This document shows, piece after piece, positions 48,398 through 58,173 of a stretch of 64,000 bases of DNA. Position 1 is the first letter of the stretch. Each line of letters starts with the position of its first letter. The notes beneath the pieces are model-generated. The model saw nothing but the letters and a program-made list of their open reading frames with translations, was not told where the DNA came from and did no database searches. The position numbers and the translations under genes were made by a program. Location: positions 102,427 to 166,426 of the forward strand of contig JAYNIA010000001.1 of NCBI GenBank assembly GCA_038108555.1, read 5' to 3'. This DNA comes from Nitrospinota bacterium. GTDB lineage: Bacteria > Nitrospinota > Nitrospinia > Nitrospinales > VA-1.

Positions 48398-49441
48398 ATG
48401 AAAGCTGCTGTCTTATATGAAACCGGAAAACCTATAGTTGTCGAGGACGGAATAGAGATTCCTCCATTGCAAACGGGACAGGTTCTTGTGAAGGTGGCAT
48501 ACAGCGGTATCTGCCGCAGCCAATTGATGGAAGTCAAAGGGAAACGGGGAAAAGATGCTTACCTACCTCATCTTCTCGGCCACGAAGCCTCGGGATGGGT
48601 AGTGGAAACAGGGACAGATGTTAAAAAAGTAATTCCGGGAGATAAAGTTGTTTTGACCTGGATAAAAGGTGACGGGGCTGATTGCCAAGGTGCAAAATAC
48701 AAAATAGGAAGCACGACTCTAAACTCAGGTGGAGTGACAACATTTAGCAATTATACAGTGGTATCTGAAAACCGGTGCGTTATCCTTGCAGAAGGAATTC
48801 CCATGGAACTTGCAGCACTTTTAGGCTGTGCGATACCTACCGGAGCAGGGATCGTATTCAACACCCTGCGCCCCAAGAAAGATGCATCGATTGCTATATT
48901 TGGAGCAGGTGGGATTGGCTTAAGTGCTATATTGGGAGCAAAAATACACGATTGCTCCCGAATCATTGCGGTTGATATAGAAGATAAAAAACTGGCATTA
49001 GCAAAAGAATTTGGCGCCACAGACGTAATTAATTGCAAAACTGAAGATGCCGTGAAAAAGATACATCAGATAACAAATGGAAAAGGCACAGATTTTTCTA
49101 TTGAAGCCGCCGGAAAATCAAAAGTGATCGAATCTGCTTTTCAGTCTGTAAAATTCAACGGCGGTAAATGCGTAATTGCGGGTCACCCGGATTCCCAAGA
49201 GCGGATTCAACTTGATCCCTTTGATTTAATTCGAGGTAGAAAAATCGAGGGATCCTGGGGAGGAGAAAGCAAACCGGACAAAGATATTCCCCAATATGTA
49301 AATTATTACAAAGAAGGAAAACTCCCATTAGAAAGTATGATTTCAAAAATTTATCCTCTTGAAGAAATTAACCAAGCCATGGCGGAGCTGGAAAAAGGAA
49401 GCGCCCACAGAATTCTTATCCGCATGGATCATCCGAAATAA
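48398..49441 (+). CDS. Zinc-binding alcohol dehydrogenase (MDR)
   Basis: GICRSQ, LGHEASG, LGCAIPTG, FGAGGIG; lacks the structural-Zn cysteine loop. Confidence 0.9.
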   Translation: MKAAVLYETGKPIVVEDGIEIPPLQTGQVLVKVAYSGICRSQLMEVKGKRGKDAYLPHLLGHEASGWVVETGTDVKKVIPGDKVVLTWIKGDGADCQGAKYKIGSTTLNSGGVTTFSNYTVVSENRCVILAEGIPMELAALLGCAIPTGAGIVFNTLRPKKDASIAIFGAGGIGLSAILGAKIHDCSRIIAVDIEDKKLALAKEFGATDVINCKTEDAVKKIHQITNGKGTDFSIEAAGKSKVIESAFQSVKFNGGKCVIAGHPDSQERIQLDPFDLIRGRKIEGSWGGESKPDKDIPQYVNYYKEGKLPLESMISKIYPLEEINQAMAELEKGSAHRILIRMDHPK

Positions 49442-49479
49442 AAGTGAAATATTTTTCACCAATCAGTAAAGGATAGATT

Positions 49480-51264
49480 TTGAATTTTTCCACACTTTCC
49501 TGTCTATTAGTATTAGCGCATGGCAAACTCCGCACCCTTTCACTATTGTATGCCCTGGTTATTGGAAGCGCATTTATGGAATCAATCGGAATTGCTTCGT
49601 TTTACCCTCTGGTTGATATGTTTCAAGATCCTCATCAATTGGAGTTTTACCGAAGCAAAGCAGCAGATTGGTTTCCCGCAATCAAATCCATGGACCGGGA
49701 ACAGTTTTTATCATTTACCCTTATAGCAGTAGCGGCGCTGTTCATTTTTAAAAACCTGTTTCTTGTTCTTGCAGGCTATGGAAATATTAAAGTAGTGACC
49801 GACCTTTATTGTTCCTGGATGAACAAAATTTTCAAAATTTACCTGGACAAACCCTATACCTTTTTCCTGGAAAATAAAGCCGGAGATTTAGCTCAGCGAA
49901 AAATCATGCAAACGCAAAAAGCCGCAGCGGCTTTAAGGGTTTTTGTCATGATTCTAGGAGGTGTAACTACTATTCTGGCGGTATTCTCCATTTTATGTTT
50001 TACAAGCCCTAAAATGACTTTAGCGATTATCTCCCTAATGGTTCCTGTTTACTTTATTACAATGAAAGTCTCAGGGGGAAGGGTTTACAAATCGGGTGGT
50101 AGAAATGTTGAACTTGAGAAACAGGGATTCGGTCTTACGACGGAAGTCCTCTCCGGAATTAAACAGGTAAAAGTTTTCTGCGCGGAAGACCACTTTCAAA
50201 CAAAAGCTAAAATTATATGGAAAGAACATGCACATAATTTTATTCACAATCAATTTTTAAGTTCTTTACCAAGACCCATTCTTGAAACCTTAGTGGTTTT
50301 GTGTGGGGTGGGGGCATTGTTTTTATTTATGCAAACCACCGGTCGACAACAGGAGGCGTTTCCAACATTGGCTGTTTTTGCGGTCGGAATTTATAGAATC
50401 CTTCCTTTAGCTGCAGCAACAAGCGCCCAGGTAATGTCCCTGGGATCGTTTCTGCCTTCCGTTGAAACAGTGGCTACCTTGCTAAACCACGAACCAGACA
50501 AAAAACAAGGGTCACCAGCACCTCTAATGACTCACCAAATAGAATTTCAAAATGTTTCTTTTTCTTTTAAAGACAGAGAGACCGTGTTGGATGATCTTTC
50601 CTTAAAATTTGAGAACAATAAATTTTATGGAATCGTAGGGGTATCTGGAAGTGGCAAATCAACCATCGTGGACTTGGTTGCCGGTTTTTTTAAACCTCAA
50701 AAGGGTCGGGTCCTTATAGACAACGAAGACCTGGACAACTTCGATAACAGCTCATGGTTAAGCCAGCTGGGAATTATCAGTCAGGAAGCTTTCATTTTTA
50801 GCGGAAGCATTGAAGATAATATTTGCTTTGGAGTTGATGCAGAGAAAAGAGACCCGGAATTAATGAAAGAAGCAGCAAGAGTTGCCTACGCCAATGAATT
50901 TATTGAACAATTACCTGAAGGATATCAAACCCTGGTGGGGGAAAGGGGTGTAAAACTGTCTGGCGGACAAAGACAACGATTAGCAATTGCCAGGGCAATT
51001 TATCTGGATCCCCCCATACTCATATTTGATGAAGCTACCAGCTCACTGGATGCAAATTCTGAAAGAAAAGTTCAGGAAGCCATTGAAGCCTTACATGGCA
51101 AAAGAACGGTTCTTGTTGTAGCCCATAGGCTGGTCACCGTGGCAAGCGCAGATCATATCTATGTCATAGAAAATGGAAGTCTGGCAGAAGAAGGGACTCA
51201 CGAGGAATTAAAAGAGGGTAGCGGACTATACAGCCGTCTATGCGCGAAACAAAGTCTTGGTTAA
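49480..51264 (+). CDS. ABC transporter permease/ATPase, PglK/MsbA-like glycan flippase
   Basis: TM domain plus GVSGSGKST, LSGGQRQR, IFDEATSSLD, VAHRL; glycan-locus context. Confidence 0.88.
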   Translation: MNFSTLSCLLVLAHGKLRTLSLLYALVIGSAFMESIGIASFYPLVDMFQDPHQLEFYRSKAADWFPAIKSMDREQFLSFTLIAVAALFIFKNLFLVLAGYGNIKVVTDLYCSWMNKIFKIYLDKPYTFFLENKAGDLAQRKIMQTQKAAAALRVFVMILGGVTTILAVFSILCFTSPKMTLAIISLMVPVYFITMKVSGGRVYKSGGRNVELEKQGFGLTTEVLSGIKQVKVFCAEDHFQTKAKIIWKEHAHNFIHNQFLSSLPRPILETLVVLCGVGALFLFMQTTGRQQEAFPTLAVFAVGIYRILPLAAATSAQVMSLGSFLPSVETVATLLNHEPDKKQGSPAPLMTHQIEFQNVSFSFKDRETVLDDLSLKFENNKFYGIVGVSGSGKSTIVDLVAGFFKPQKGRVLIDNEDLDNFDNSSWLSQLGIISQEAFIFSGSIEDNICFGVDAEKRDPELMKEAARVAYANEFIEQLPEGYQTLVGERGVKLSGGQRQRLAIARAIYLDPPILIFDEATSSLDANSERKVQEAIEALHGKRTVLVVAHRLVTVASADHIYVIENGSLAEEGTHEELKEGSGLYSRLCAKQSLG

Positions 51265-51310
51265 GAAAATCCCATCCTGTAGGCAGGCAAATACCTAAAC
51301 AAACGTTTTT

Positions 51311-51934
51311 CTAATTGGACAGACGTCCATGAAATACTCCTACCTTGGCCAGGAAATCCGTCACAATCTCTATAGATTCTTCCAGGGTTTGACTGCCGGT
51401 ATTAATCAAAATTTCCGGATTCTCAGGTTCCTCGTAAGGAGCACTGATCCCGGTAAAATTTAAAATCTCCCCGGCACGAGCCCGCTTATACATCCCTTTT
51501 ACATCTCTGGATTCACAAATCTCCAAAGGACAATTACAATAAATTTCAAAAAAATCTTCAGGAGCAAACATCTCCCTTAATTTTTTCCTCGCGTCTTTAA
51601 AAGGAGAGATATAAGCCGCAAGAGTAATAATCCCTGTTTCAATAAACAATTTAGACACTTCACCAATTCGCCTCAAATTTTCGTTTCGATCTTCATCTGA
51701 AAATCCAAGATCCTTGCAAAGCCCGTGTCTGACATTATCCCCATCAAGAACCAGGGTTTTGTAACCCAACTGGTGAAGCCTTTCTTCTACCGCATGAGCC
51801 AGGGTGGATTTTCCCGATCCCGACAATCCTGTAAACCAAAGTAAAGCAGATCTATGCTTTCCTTGCTGCTCGCGACGTTCTCGAGTAACCGTTGCTCGGT
51901 GGCGAACAATTTTATCTGATGTATGTTTTTCCAA
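51311..51934 (-). CDS. cysC: Adenylyl-sulfate kinase
   Basis: WFTGLSGSGKST, LDGDNVRHGL, RDVKGMY, FTGISAPYEEP. Confidence 0.95.
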   Translation of the reverse strand: MEKHTSDKIVRHRATVTRERREQQGKHRSALLWFTGLSGSGKSTLAHAVEERLHQLGYKTLVLDGDNVRHGLCKDLGFSDEDRNENLRRIGEVSKLFIETGIITLAAYISPFKDARKKLREMFAPEDFFEIYCNCPLEICESRDVKGMYKRARAGEILNFTGISAPYEEPENPEILINTGSQTLEESIEIVTDFLAKVGVFHGRLSN

Positions 51935-52065
51935 TATGATTTTTCCCCGACTTAAATACTATTAATTCGTAATCAGTAATTTTCTACAAAATGGGAGGAT
52001 ATTTTTTCAATTTTTAATGAATTTATTTATAAACCCGATAGAAAGTTTTTATGAACCGGTGATCT

Positions 52066-52182
52066 ATGGCAACAAAAAAGAAATGGTTTACTGGAAAGAG
52101 GATAGAAAAAACTTATGGTGATTTACCCCTTAAATCGAAACAACGAGCTTTAGAAGAAGCTTATGAACATCTTTGCTTCTAA
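52066..52182 (+). CDS. Candidate 38-aa small protein
   Basis: MATKKKWFTGKRIEKTYGDLPLKSKQRALEEAYEHLCF*, GGTGA just upstream, inside a 0.5 kb gap. Confidence 0.4.
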   Translation: MATKKKWFTGKRIEKTYGDLPLKSKQRALEEAYEHLCF

Positions 52183-52447
52183 TTCTTGGCTATTATATTG
52201 CAATTTATTAGTAATTTAAATATATTTGTCCTTGTTGCTTTGCCAAGGCTGGCTTTACTTGCTTTTCTTCTCTTATTGATCAACCCGTCCCTCTTTTATT
52301 TCTATCTAATGCCAAAGGGTGAGAAATTTTTAAAAGGATAAATATATAATTTTCGTTTAGCTTCACAATTGGGAGCAAATTAGATTTACCTTCTGTAAAA
52401 TATTAAATTAAAGAATTTTTAATACTACTGATAAAGGGAAGTGACTT

Positions 52448-53113
52448 ATGGTGCAATTGCCAGATTTTTCCAAGGCTATGGAATATGAAAACCATTTTTA
52501 TATGTCCTGCGACTCCACACGATTATCAAAAGTGATCGCTCAATACGAGTTGTATAAAATGACTATGGATATTCCCGGAGTAATTATGGAATGCGGGATT
52601 TTTAAAGGTACTTCTCTTTCCCGATTTGCCATGTTTCGCCAACTCTTCGGGAACACTTCTGCAAAAAAGATAATTGGTTTCGATGTATTTGGAAAATTTC
52701 CAGAAACCAACTATGAGGAAGATAAAAAAGTTTTAGGCAGTTTGTTTACCGGAGCTGCGGGCGATACAGGAGTCTCCAAAGAGCAAATGCTGGAAATTTT
52801 AAAGAATAAAAACTGTGACGATAATCTGGAATTAGTCGAAGGGGATATTTGTGAAACCTTGCCCAAATATCTTCAGGAGAACCCACAACTCAAGATTTCT
52901 CTCTTGAATCTGGATACAGATATCTATGAACCCGCTGTAACCATCCTGGAATGTTGTTGGGATAGAATTGAATCGGGAGGAATATTAATCGTAGATGACT
53001 ACGGCGTATTTCCAGGAGAAACCAAAGCGGTTACCGAATTTCTAAAATCACAACAAGAGACCGTTAAAAAGTTTTACTTCGCCAAATCCCCTTGCTATAT
53101 TATTAAAAAATAA
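52448..53113 (+). CDS. TylF/MycF-family sugar O-methyltransferase-like protein
   Basis: MECGIFKG, GFDVFGKFP, LLNLDTDIYEP, GGILIVDDY. Confidence 0.85.
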   Translation: MVQLPDFSKAMEYENHFYMSCDSTRLSKVIAQYELYKMTMDIPGVIMECGIFKGTSLSRFAMFRQLFGNTSAKKIIGFDVFGKFPETNYEEDKKVLGSLFTGAAGDTGVSKEQMLEILKNKNCDDNLELVEGDICETLPKYLQENPQLKISLLNLDTDIYEPAVTILECCWDRIESGGILIVDDYGVFPGETKAVTEFLKSQQETVKKFYFAKSPCYIIKK

Positions 53114-53236
53114 GCTCTAACGGATTTTTCCAATCATCAAGGAGTGCCCTTCTTGAATCCTCCTGAGTAAAAATCTTATGAGGATCAATTAGGTCATTCT
53201 CATTAAACTCATCAAAGATTCTAATTTATTTACACA

Positions 53237-55483
53237 ATGATTATTGAGCACAACATCGCCAAATACATTGTTTTCCATGAAGACACGATTTTGCATGCTC
53301 TGGGGAAAATAAGCGAAAACGAATCTCGAATTATATTTTCTGTCAGAGAAAATGGAATTTTGGAAGGGGTTTTAAGCGATGGTGATTTTCGACGTTGGCT
53401 TGTCGAACAAAAAGAAATTAATTTGAATCAACCCGTCTCGGTGGTGAGCAATAAAACGTTTAAAAGCGGCCTAATAAATGAAAGTCCGGAGTCACTGGGC
53501 CGTTATTTTTCCCACACCGTGGATTGCCTTCCCTTATTGGACAGTCAGGGAAGATTAGTAGCCATTGGAAAACGGGGAAACGGGAAAATCCAAATTGAAA
53601 ACAGAGAAATCGATGTCAATGCCCCATCATTCATAATCGCGGAAATTGGAAACAATCATAATGGCAGTTTGATCGAAGCAAAAAAACTTATTGATGAGGC
53701 GGTAAGAGCCGGAGCCGATTGCGCTAAATTCCAAATGCGGGATCTCGACACCTTATACCAAAACAAGGGAAAACCCGATGACCCATCCGCAGACCTTGGC
53801 CAGCAATATACAATGGATTTGCTCAATAAGTTCCAATTGAAAAATGACGAACTTTTCAGCGCATTTGATTATTGTCATGAAAAAGGGATCATCCCCCTCT
53901 GCACTCCTTTCGACAAAGCAAGCTTAAACAACCTGGAAAATTATGGATTACAAGGCTATAAAGTAGCCTCTGCGGATTTTACAAACCATGATTTGTTACA
54001 AGCAATGGGGCGAATTGGCAAACCTATGATTTGCTCCACGGGAATGTCAACCGAACAGGAAGTCCGGCAAAGCATTGAGTTCCTCAAAAAAAATAGCAAT
54101 ATGTATATTCTATTGCACTGCAACTCCACCTACCCCACTCCCCTCAAGGATATAAATTTGGAATACATGGACCACTTAAGAGAACTGGGAAACTGCATGG
54201 TGGGCTATTCGGGACATGAACGTGGCATCAACGTGGTTTTAGCTGCAATTGCAAGGGGGGCAAAAGTAATCGAAAAACATTTTACTCTGGACCGGACTTT
54301 GGAAGGCAATGATCATCGAGTCAGCCTGCTACCAGACGAGTTTTCAAACATGGTCAGAGGCATTCGGGAGATTGAAGAATCTCTTGGAGGCAATGCCAGC
54401 AGAAAACTCTCTCAAGGCGAGCTTATGAATAGAGAGGTTTTAGGCAAAAGCCTTTATATAAATCGCACCATTAAAAAGGGCGAAATTATTTCCCATGACG
54501 ATTTGGCAGTTAAAAGCCCGGGACAAGGGATTTCTCCAAACCAAATCGATAAATTGGTCGGTTCTACCGCAGTTCGCGACATGGAAAAAGGGGAAATATT
54601 TTTTGAGTCTGATCTAAAAAATAAAACTATTGTACCCAGAAAATATTCTTTCAACCGACCGGTAGGCATTCCCGTACGTTATCATGATTGGGACAAGCTC
54701 TCCTCTCCAGCTGATCTCGACTTCATTGAGTTTCACTTAAGCTATAAAGATCTTGAGGAAAACCTTGAAAACTTTTTCAAAGGACCCCTGGAGCTTGAAT
54801 TCACGGTTCACTGCCCTGAACTTTTTTCAGGGGACCATGTTCTGGACCTTTGTTCTCAAGATTCTAAATATCGGGAAAGATCCATTAGAGAAGTTCAAAA
54901 GGTTATCGATGTTACCCGAGATCTCAAAAAATATTTCCCGAAAAGTAAAAAACCGGTGATCGTACTTAATGCCGGAGGTCATACTCAAGATGCCCCGCTA
55001 AAAGTTTCTGAACGGAAAAAATATTATGACCTCATTCTGGATAGCCTCTCCAAACTTGACCATAAAGGAATTGAACTCATACCACAGACCATGCCTCCCT
55101 TTCCGTGGCATTTTGGAGGACAACGGTTTCAAAATCTTTTTATGGACCCACAAGAGACTGCCGAATTTTGCCAACAAAACAATTATAGGGTCTGCCTGGA
55201 TATCTCCCATTCAAAACTAGCCTGCAACCATCACAAATGGTCTTTTAAAAAGTTTGTGGAAGTCGTTGCCCCTTTTAGTGCTTTGTTTCACATCGTTGAT
55301 GGGAATGGAGTGGATGGAGAAGGTTTGCAAATTGGAGAAGGGGATGTGGATTTCGTTTTGCTGGGAGAACAATTAGATGAACTGGCACCAAACATTGGGT
55401 TCATTCCAGAGATTTGGCAGGGCCATAAAAATAATGGCGAGGGATTCTGGATTGCCCTTGATAAACTGGAACAGTGGTTTTGA
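53237..55483 (+). CDS. neuB: Nonulosonic acid synthase (NeuB family) with CBS pair, SAF and C-terminal TIM-barrel domains
   Basis: GVLSDGDFRR (CBS); IIAEIGNNHNG, KFQ, STGM, LHCNSTYP, GYSGHE, IEKHFTLD; VKSPGQGISP (SAF); CLDISH...HIVD...PEIWQGH. Confidence 0.88.
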   Translation: MIIEHNIAKYIVFHEDTILHALGKISENESRIIFSVRENGILEGVLSDGDFRRWLVEQKEINLNQPVSVVSNKTFKSGLINESPESLGRYFSHTVDCLPLLDSQGRLVAIGKRGNGKIQIENREIDVNAPSFIIAEIGNNHNGSLIEAKKLIDEAVRAGADCAKFQMRDLDTLYQNKGKPDDPSADLGQQYTMDLLNKFQLKNDELFSAFDYCHEKGIIPLCTPFDKASLNNLENYGLQGYKVASADFTNHDLLQAMGRIGKPMICSTGMSTEQEVRQSIEFLKKNSNMYILLHCNSTYPTPLKDINLEYMDHLRELGNCMVGYSGHERGINVVLAAIARGAKVIEKHFTLDRTLEGNDHRVSLLPDEFSNMVRGIREIEESLGGNASRKLSQGELMNREVLGKSLYINRTIKKGEIISHDDLAVKSPGQGISPNQIDKLVGSTAVRDMEKGEIFFESDLKNKTIVPRKYSFNRPVGIPVRYHDWDKLSSPADLDFIEFHLSYKDLEENLENFFKGPLELEFTVHCPELFSGDHVLDLCSQDSKYRERSIREVQKVIDVTRDLKKYFPKSKKPVIVLNAGGHTQDAPLKVSERKKYYDLILDSLSKLDHKGIELIPQTMPPFPWHFGGQRFQNLFMDPQETAEFCQQNNYRVCLDISHSKLACNHHKWSFKKFVEVVAPFSALFHIVDGNGVDGEGLQIGEGDVDFVLLGEQLDELAPNIGFIPEIWQGHKNNGEGFWIALDKLEQWF

Positions 55484-55629
55484 TTTCCAGTAATTAGCCG
55501 ACCTTTTTGCCCGACTTGGATTTCCAAATTTTAATTCCATCAGGAATCACCCCTGGCATTTAATTTCAAAAAAAGCACTCGGGAATAAAATTTTAAAAAT
55601 AATATCTTTCCTACCAGTAATAGGACTAG

Positions 55630-56214
55630 ATGAAAAAACAAATATTCTTTGAAAAAAAAGCTGTGATCTTTGACCTTGAGATTACTGCATGGCCAGGGAC
55701 CAGTGAAAGAAACTGGAGCAAGCCAAACGAGTATAAAGAAATAATTCAAATTGGGGCTGTAGCAATAGAAACAGAGGGGTCTATGCGGGAAATTGGAAGT
55801 TTTCACATATTGATCCGCCCCATAAAAAACCCTCAACTAAGCGATTACATCATCGATTTAACGGGAATAACCCAGGATATGATTGATAGAGAGGGCGTCC
55901 CTTTTCCAAAGGCCTTATCCCGTTTTACTAAATTTATTGGAGAAGATCCTATACACATCTTTTGTAACGGAGATGACTCAGATGTTATTGCAGAAAATTG
56001 TAAAATCCATGGAATGGAAATTCCCACGGTGTTCAGACAATCTTCAGGTTTGAGGCTGTATTTTTCAGAGACTCTGGGGTTGCCCGAAAAAATATGTAAC
56101 AGTGCCCAGCTTCCCGAATTGTGCGGGCTGGTCAATAATGAAAAAGCTCATAACGCTTTAGGTGATGCCAGATCAATCTCTCAAGCGTTAAGACATTTGC
56201 AAAGAAAAGATTAA
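55630..56214 (+). CDS. DEDDh 3'-5' exonuclease domain protein
   Basis: IFDLE, EIIQIGAV, LTGITQ, HNALGDA. Confidence 0.88.
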   Translation: MKKQIFFEKKAVIFDLEITAWPGTSERNWSKPNEYKEIIQIGAVAIETEGSMREIGSFHILIRPIKNPQLSDYIIDLTGITQDMIDREGVPFPKALSRFTKFIGEDPIHIFCNGDDSDVIAENCKIHGMEIPTVFRQSSGLRLYFSETLGLPEKICNSAQLPELCGLVNNEKAHNALGDARSISQALRHLQRKD

Positions 56215-56341
56215 GCCCATTAGGGAAAACCTCAGTTTGTCCACCCGGTTGGGAAACATTTGGAATATTAGAGATGCATATGGATAACATTTCGTGTAGG
56301 TTGTACTGGCTAAGGAAAAAATCTTTTTAAAAAAGGAAAAT

Positions 56342-57094
56342 ATGAGCGAAAAATTATTAAATTTAATTGAAATGATCGATGTTTCAGAAATTGGAGAAAG
56401 AAACCTTAGCCATTGCGCAACCAATTCTTCCATTTTGGTGGTGAAAAATTTTCTCAGCGCGGATTATATTTCCAAAAATCTAAATGAAATCAAAAATAAC
56501 TTCCTCCCCGAAAACGATTGTTACAAAACAGGTCCGTTAAAAGTAGGGATGCCGAATTTTCAACGCTTCGATATGGGAAACCACCCATCGAAAAATCCTA
56601 AATGTCTTCGCGCTTTCACACTCTTCACCTGGGCTGAAAATTCCGCCTTCAAGGATGGAGTAAATAAAATGATGCAGTTTAGGGATGAGCATTTTTCACT
56701 CCCCGACTACATGAAAAACAATGATGACGAATTTGAGTTTAAGGATTATCCCAGGATCGTACAATACCCGACCGGGGCAGGATTTTTAAATGAGCATATC
56801 GATGAAGACAAGGAGTTATATCCTGCGGGCACACCCAATATGCTGGTGTGTTTGACTTGTAGAGAAAAACCGGACAGAAAAGGAGATTTCAAACGAGGCG
56901 GATTATATTACATTCACAATGGCGAGGAGTTGGATGTAGAAGAGTTTCTTGATGTAGGCGACCTCTGCATTCACAACCAGAAAGTTATGCATGGCGTAAA
57001 AACCGTGGATTCAGGCGAAAAGCCCAAACTGGATAATTTTTCCGGAAGGTTTATGCTCCTGCTATCAATTTATAGATTTAAGAAACAAGAATGA
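56342..57094 (+). CDS. Probable 2OG-Fe(II) oxygenase-fold protein
   Basis: QYPTGAGFLNEHID (HxD), GGLY, GDL, MHGV, distal Arg. Confidence 0.7.
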   Translation: MSEKLLNLIEMIDVSEIGERNLSHCATNSSILVVKNFLSADYISKNLNEIKNNFLPENDCYKTGPLKVGMPNFQRFDMGNHPSKNPKCLRAFTLFTWAENSAFKDGVNKMMQFRDEHFSLPDYMKNNDDEFEFKDYPRIVQYPTGAGFLNEHIDEDKELYPAGTPNMLVCLTCREKPDRKGDFKRGGLYYIHNGEELDVEEFLDVGDLCIHNQKVMHGVKTVDSGEKPKLDNFSGRFMLLLSIYRFKKQE

Positions 57095-57257
57095 ATTGAA
57101 TACCCCCCGAACAAAGCCTCTTTCAAAGTTAAGACTTGCCAAACCTATCCCTTTTCCCTATTCTTCCTTTTCCTTTGTGAGTAACAGGAGAAGCTGAAGA
57201 CCTCAAATGGGGCAGCTATCCTCAAATAATTACCCTGATCCTATTTAAATTTTTATT

Positions 57258-58145
57258 ATGAAAAAACAAAGAATCAATATTCCACCTCCTAGATACCCTG
57301 TTTCTTTAAGATATTTGTATCTTTGGGTGATAGCTCCTCTGAAGCCATTTATTTTTACCAATGTATCTAAAATAAAAAACAAGAAGATATTCGAGCATGT
57401 TTTTAATTTTATGAATATCCTCTTGGGCTGGCCAATAAAAATTACCTATGAAAAATCGCTAAACCTGTTCAAAGTGGTTGAAGGAAACCTCACAACATAT
57501 ATTGGAAGAAGGCAATACCTAAAGTTATATGCAAAAGGGATTAGTGGAAGGAATAAGCTTTTGATCGACCAGTACCTTCTAAATGATATCCCATGGTCAA
57601 AAGATGATTTGGTAATTGATGTGGGAGCCAATGTCGGGGAAGTATCGCTAATACTTTCCAGAGATTTCCAATGCTCCACCTACTCTATCGAACCGGAAGA
57701 AGTGGAGTTTGAATGCCTAAAACTAAATTTAAAGGGATACAACAGCACGTTTTTAAATAACCCTTTGTGGAAAGAAGAAAAACAAATCACTTTTTATTCT
57801 GCAAATGAAGAGCTCGATTCATCCTGTTTTGAGACGGAAGATTATACCCATGTAACGGAAAAGAAAACCGCAACTCTATCCAACATTATTAATAGCCTTG
57901 AAGGCAAAAGGGTGAAACTTCTGAAACTGGAAGCAGAAGGCGCGGAACCAGAAATCCTTCTTGGGGGATTAGATGTGATTAACCAGGTAGATTATATCTG
58001 CGTGGATGTGGGACCAGAAAGGGGTCTATCTTATGAAACGACCCTGGTAGATACCGTGAATATCTTGAATAATCATGGGTTCGAATTCATTAAGATGGGA
58101 CACCCAAGGTTGATCTGTTTATTCAAAAATAAACAAATTTCTTAA
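57258..58145 (+). CDS. FkbM-family methyltransferase
   Basis: VIDVGANVGE, SIEPE, LLKLEAEGAEPEIL. Confidence 0.88.
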   Translation: MKKQRINIPPPRYPVSLRYLYLWVIAPLKPFIFTNVSKIKNKKIFEHVFNFMNILLGWPIKITYEKSLNLFKVVEGNLTTYIGRRQYLKLYAKGISGRNKLLIDQYLLNDIPWSKDDLVIDVGANVGEVSLILSRDFQCSTYSIEPEEVEFECLKLNLKGYNSTFLNNPLWKEEKQITFYSANEELDSSCFETEDYTHVTEKKTATLSNIINSLEGKRVKLLKLEAEGAEPEILLGGLDVINQVDYICVDVGPERGLSYETTLVDTVNILNNHGFEFIKMGHPRLICLFKNKQIS

Positions 58146-58173
58146 GGGGGCTTGTATTCCGGTTGAATACCTT

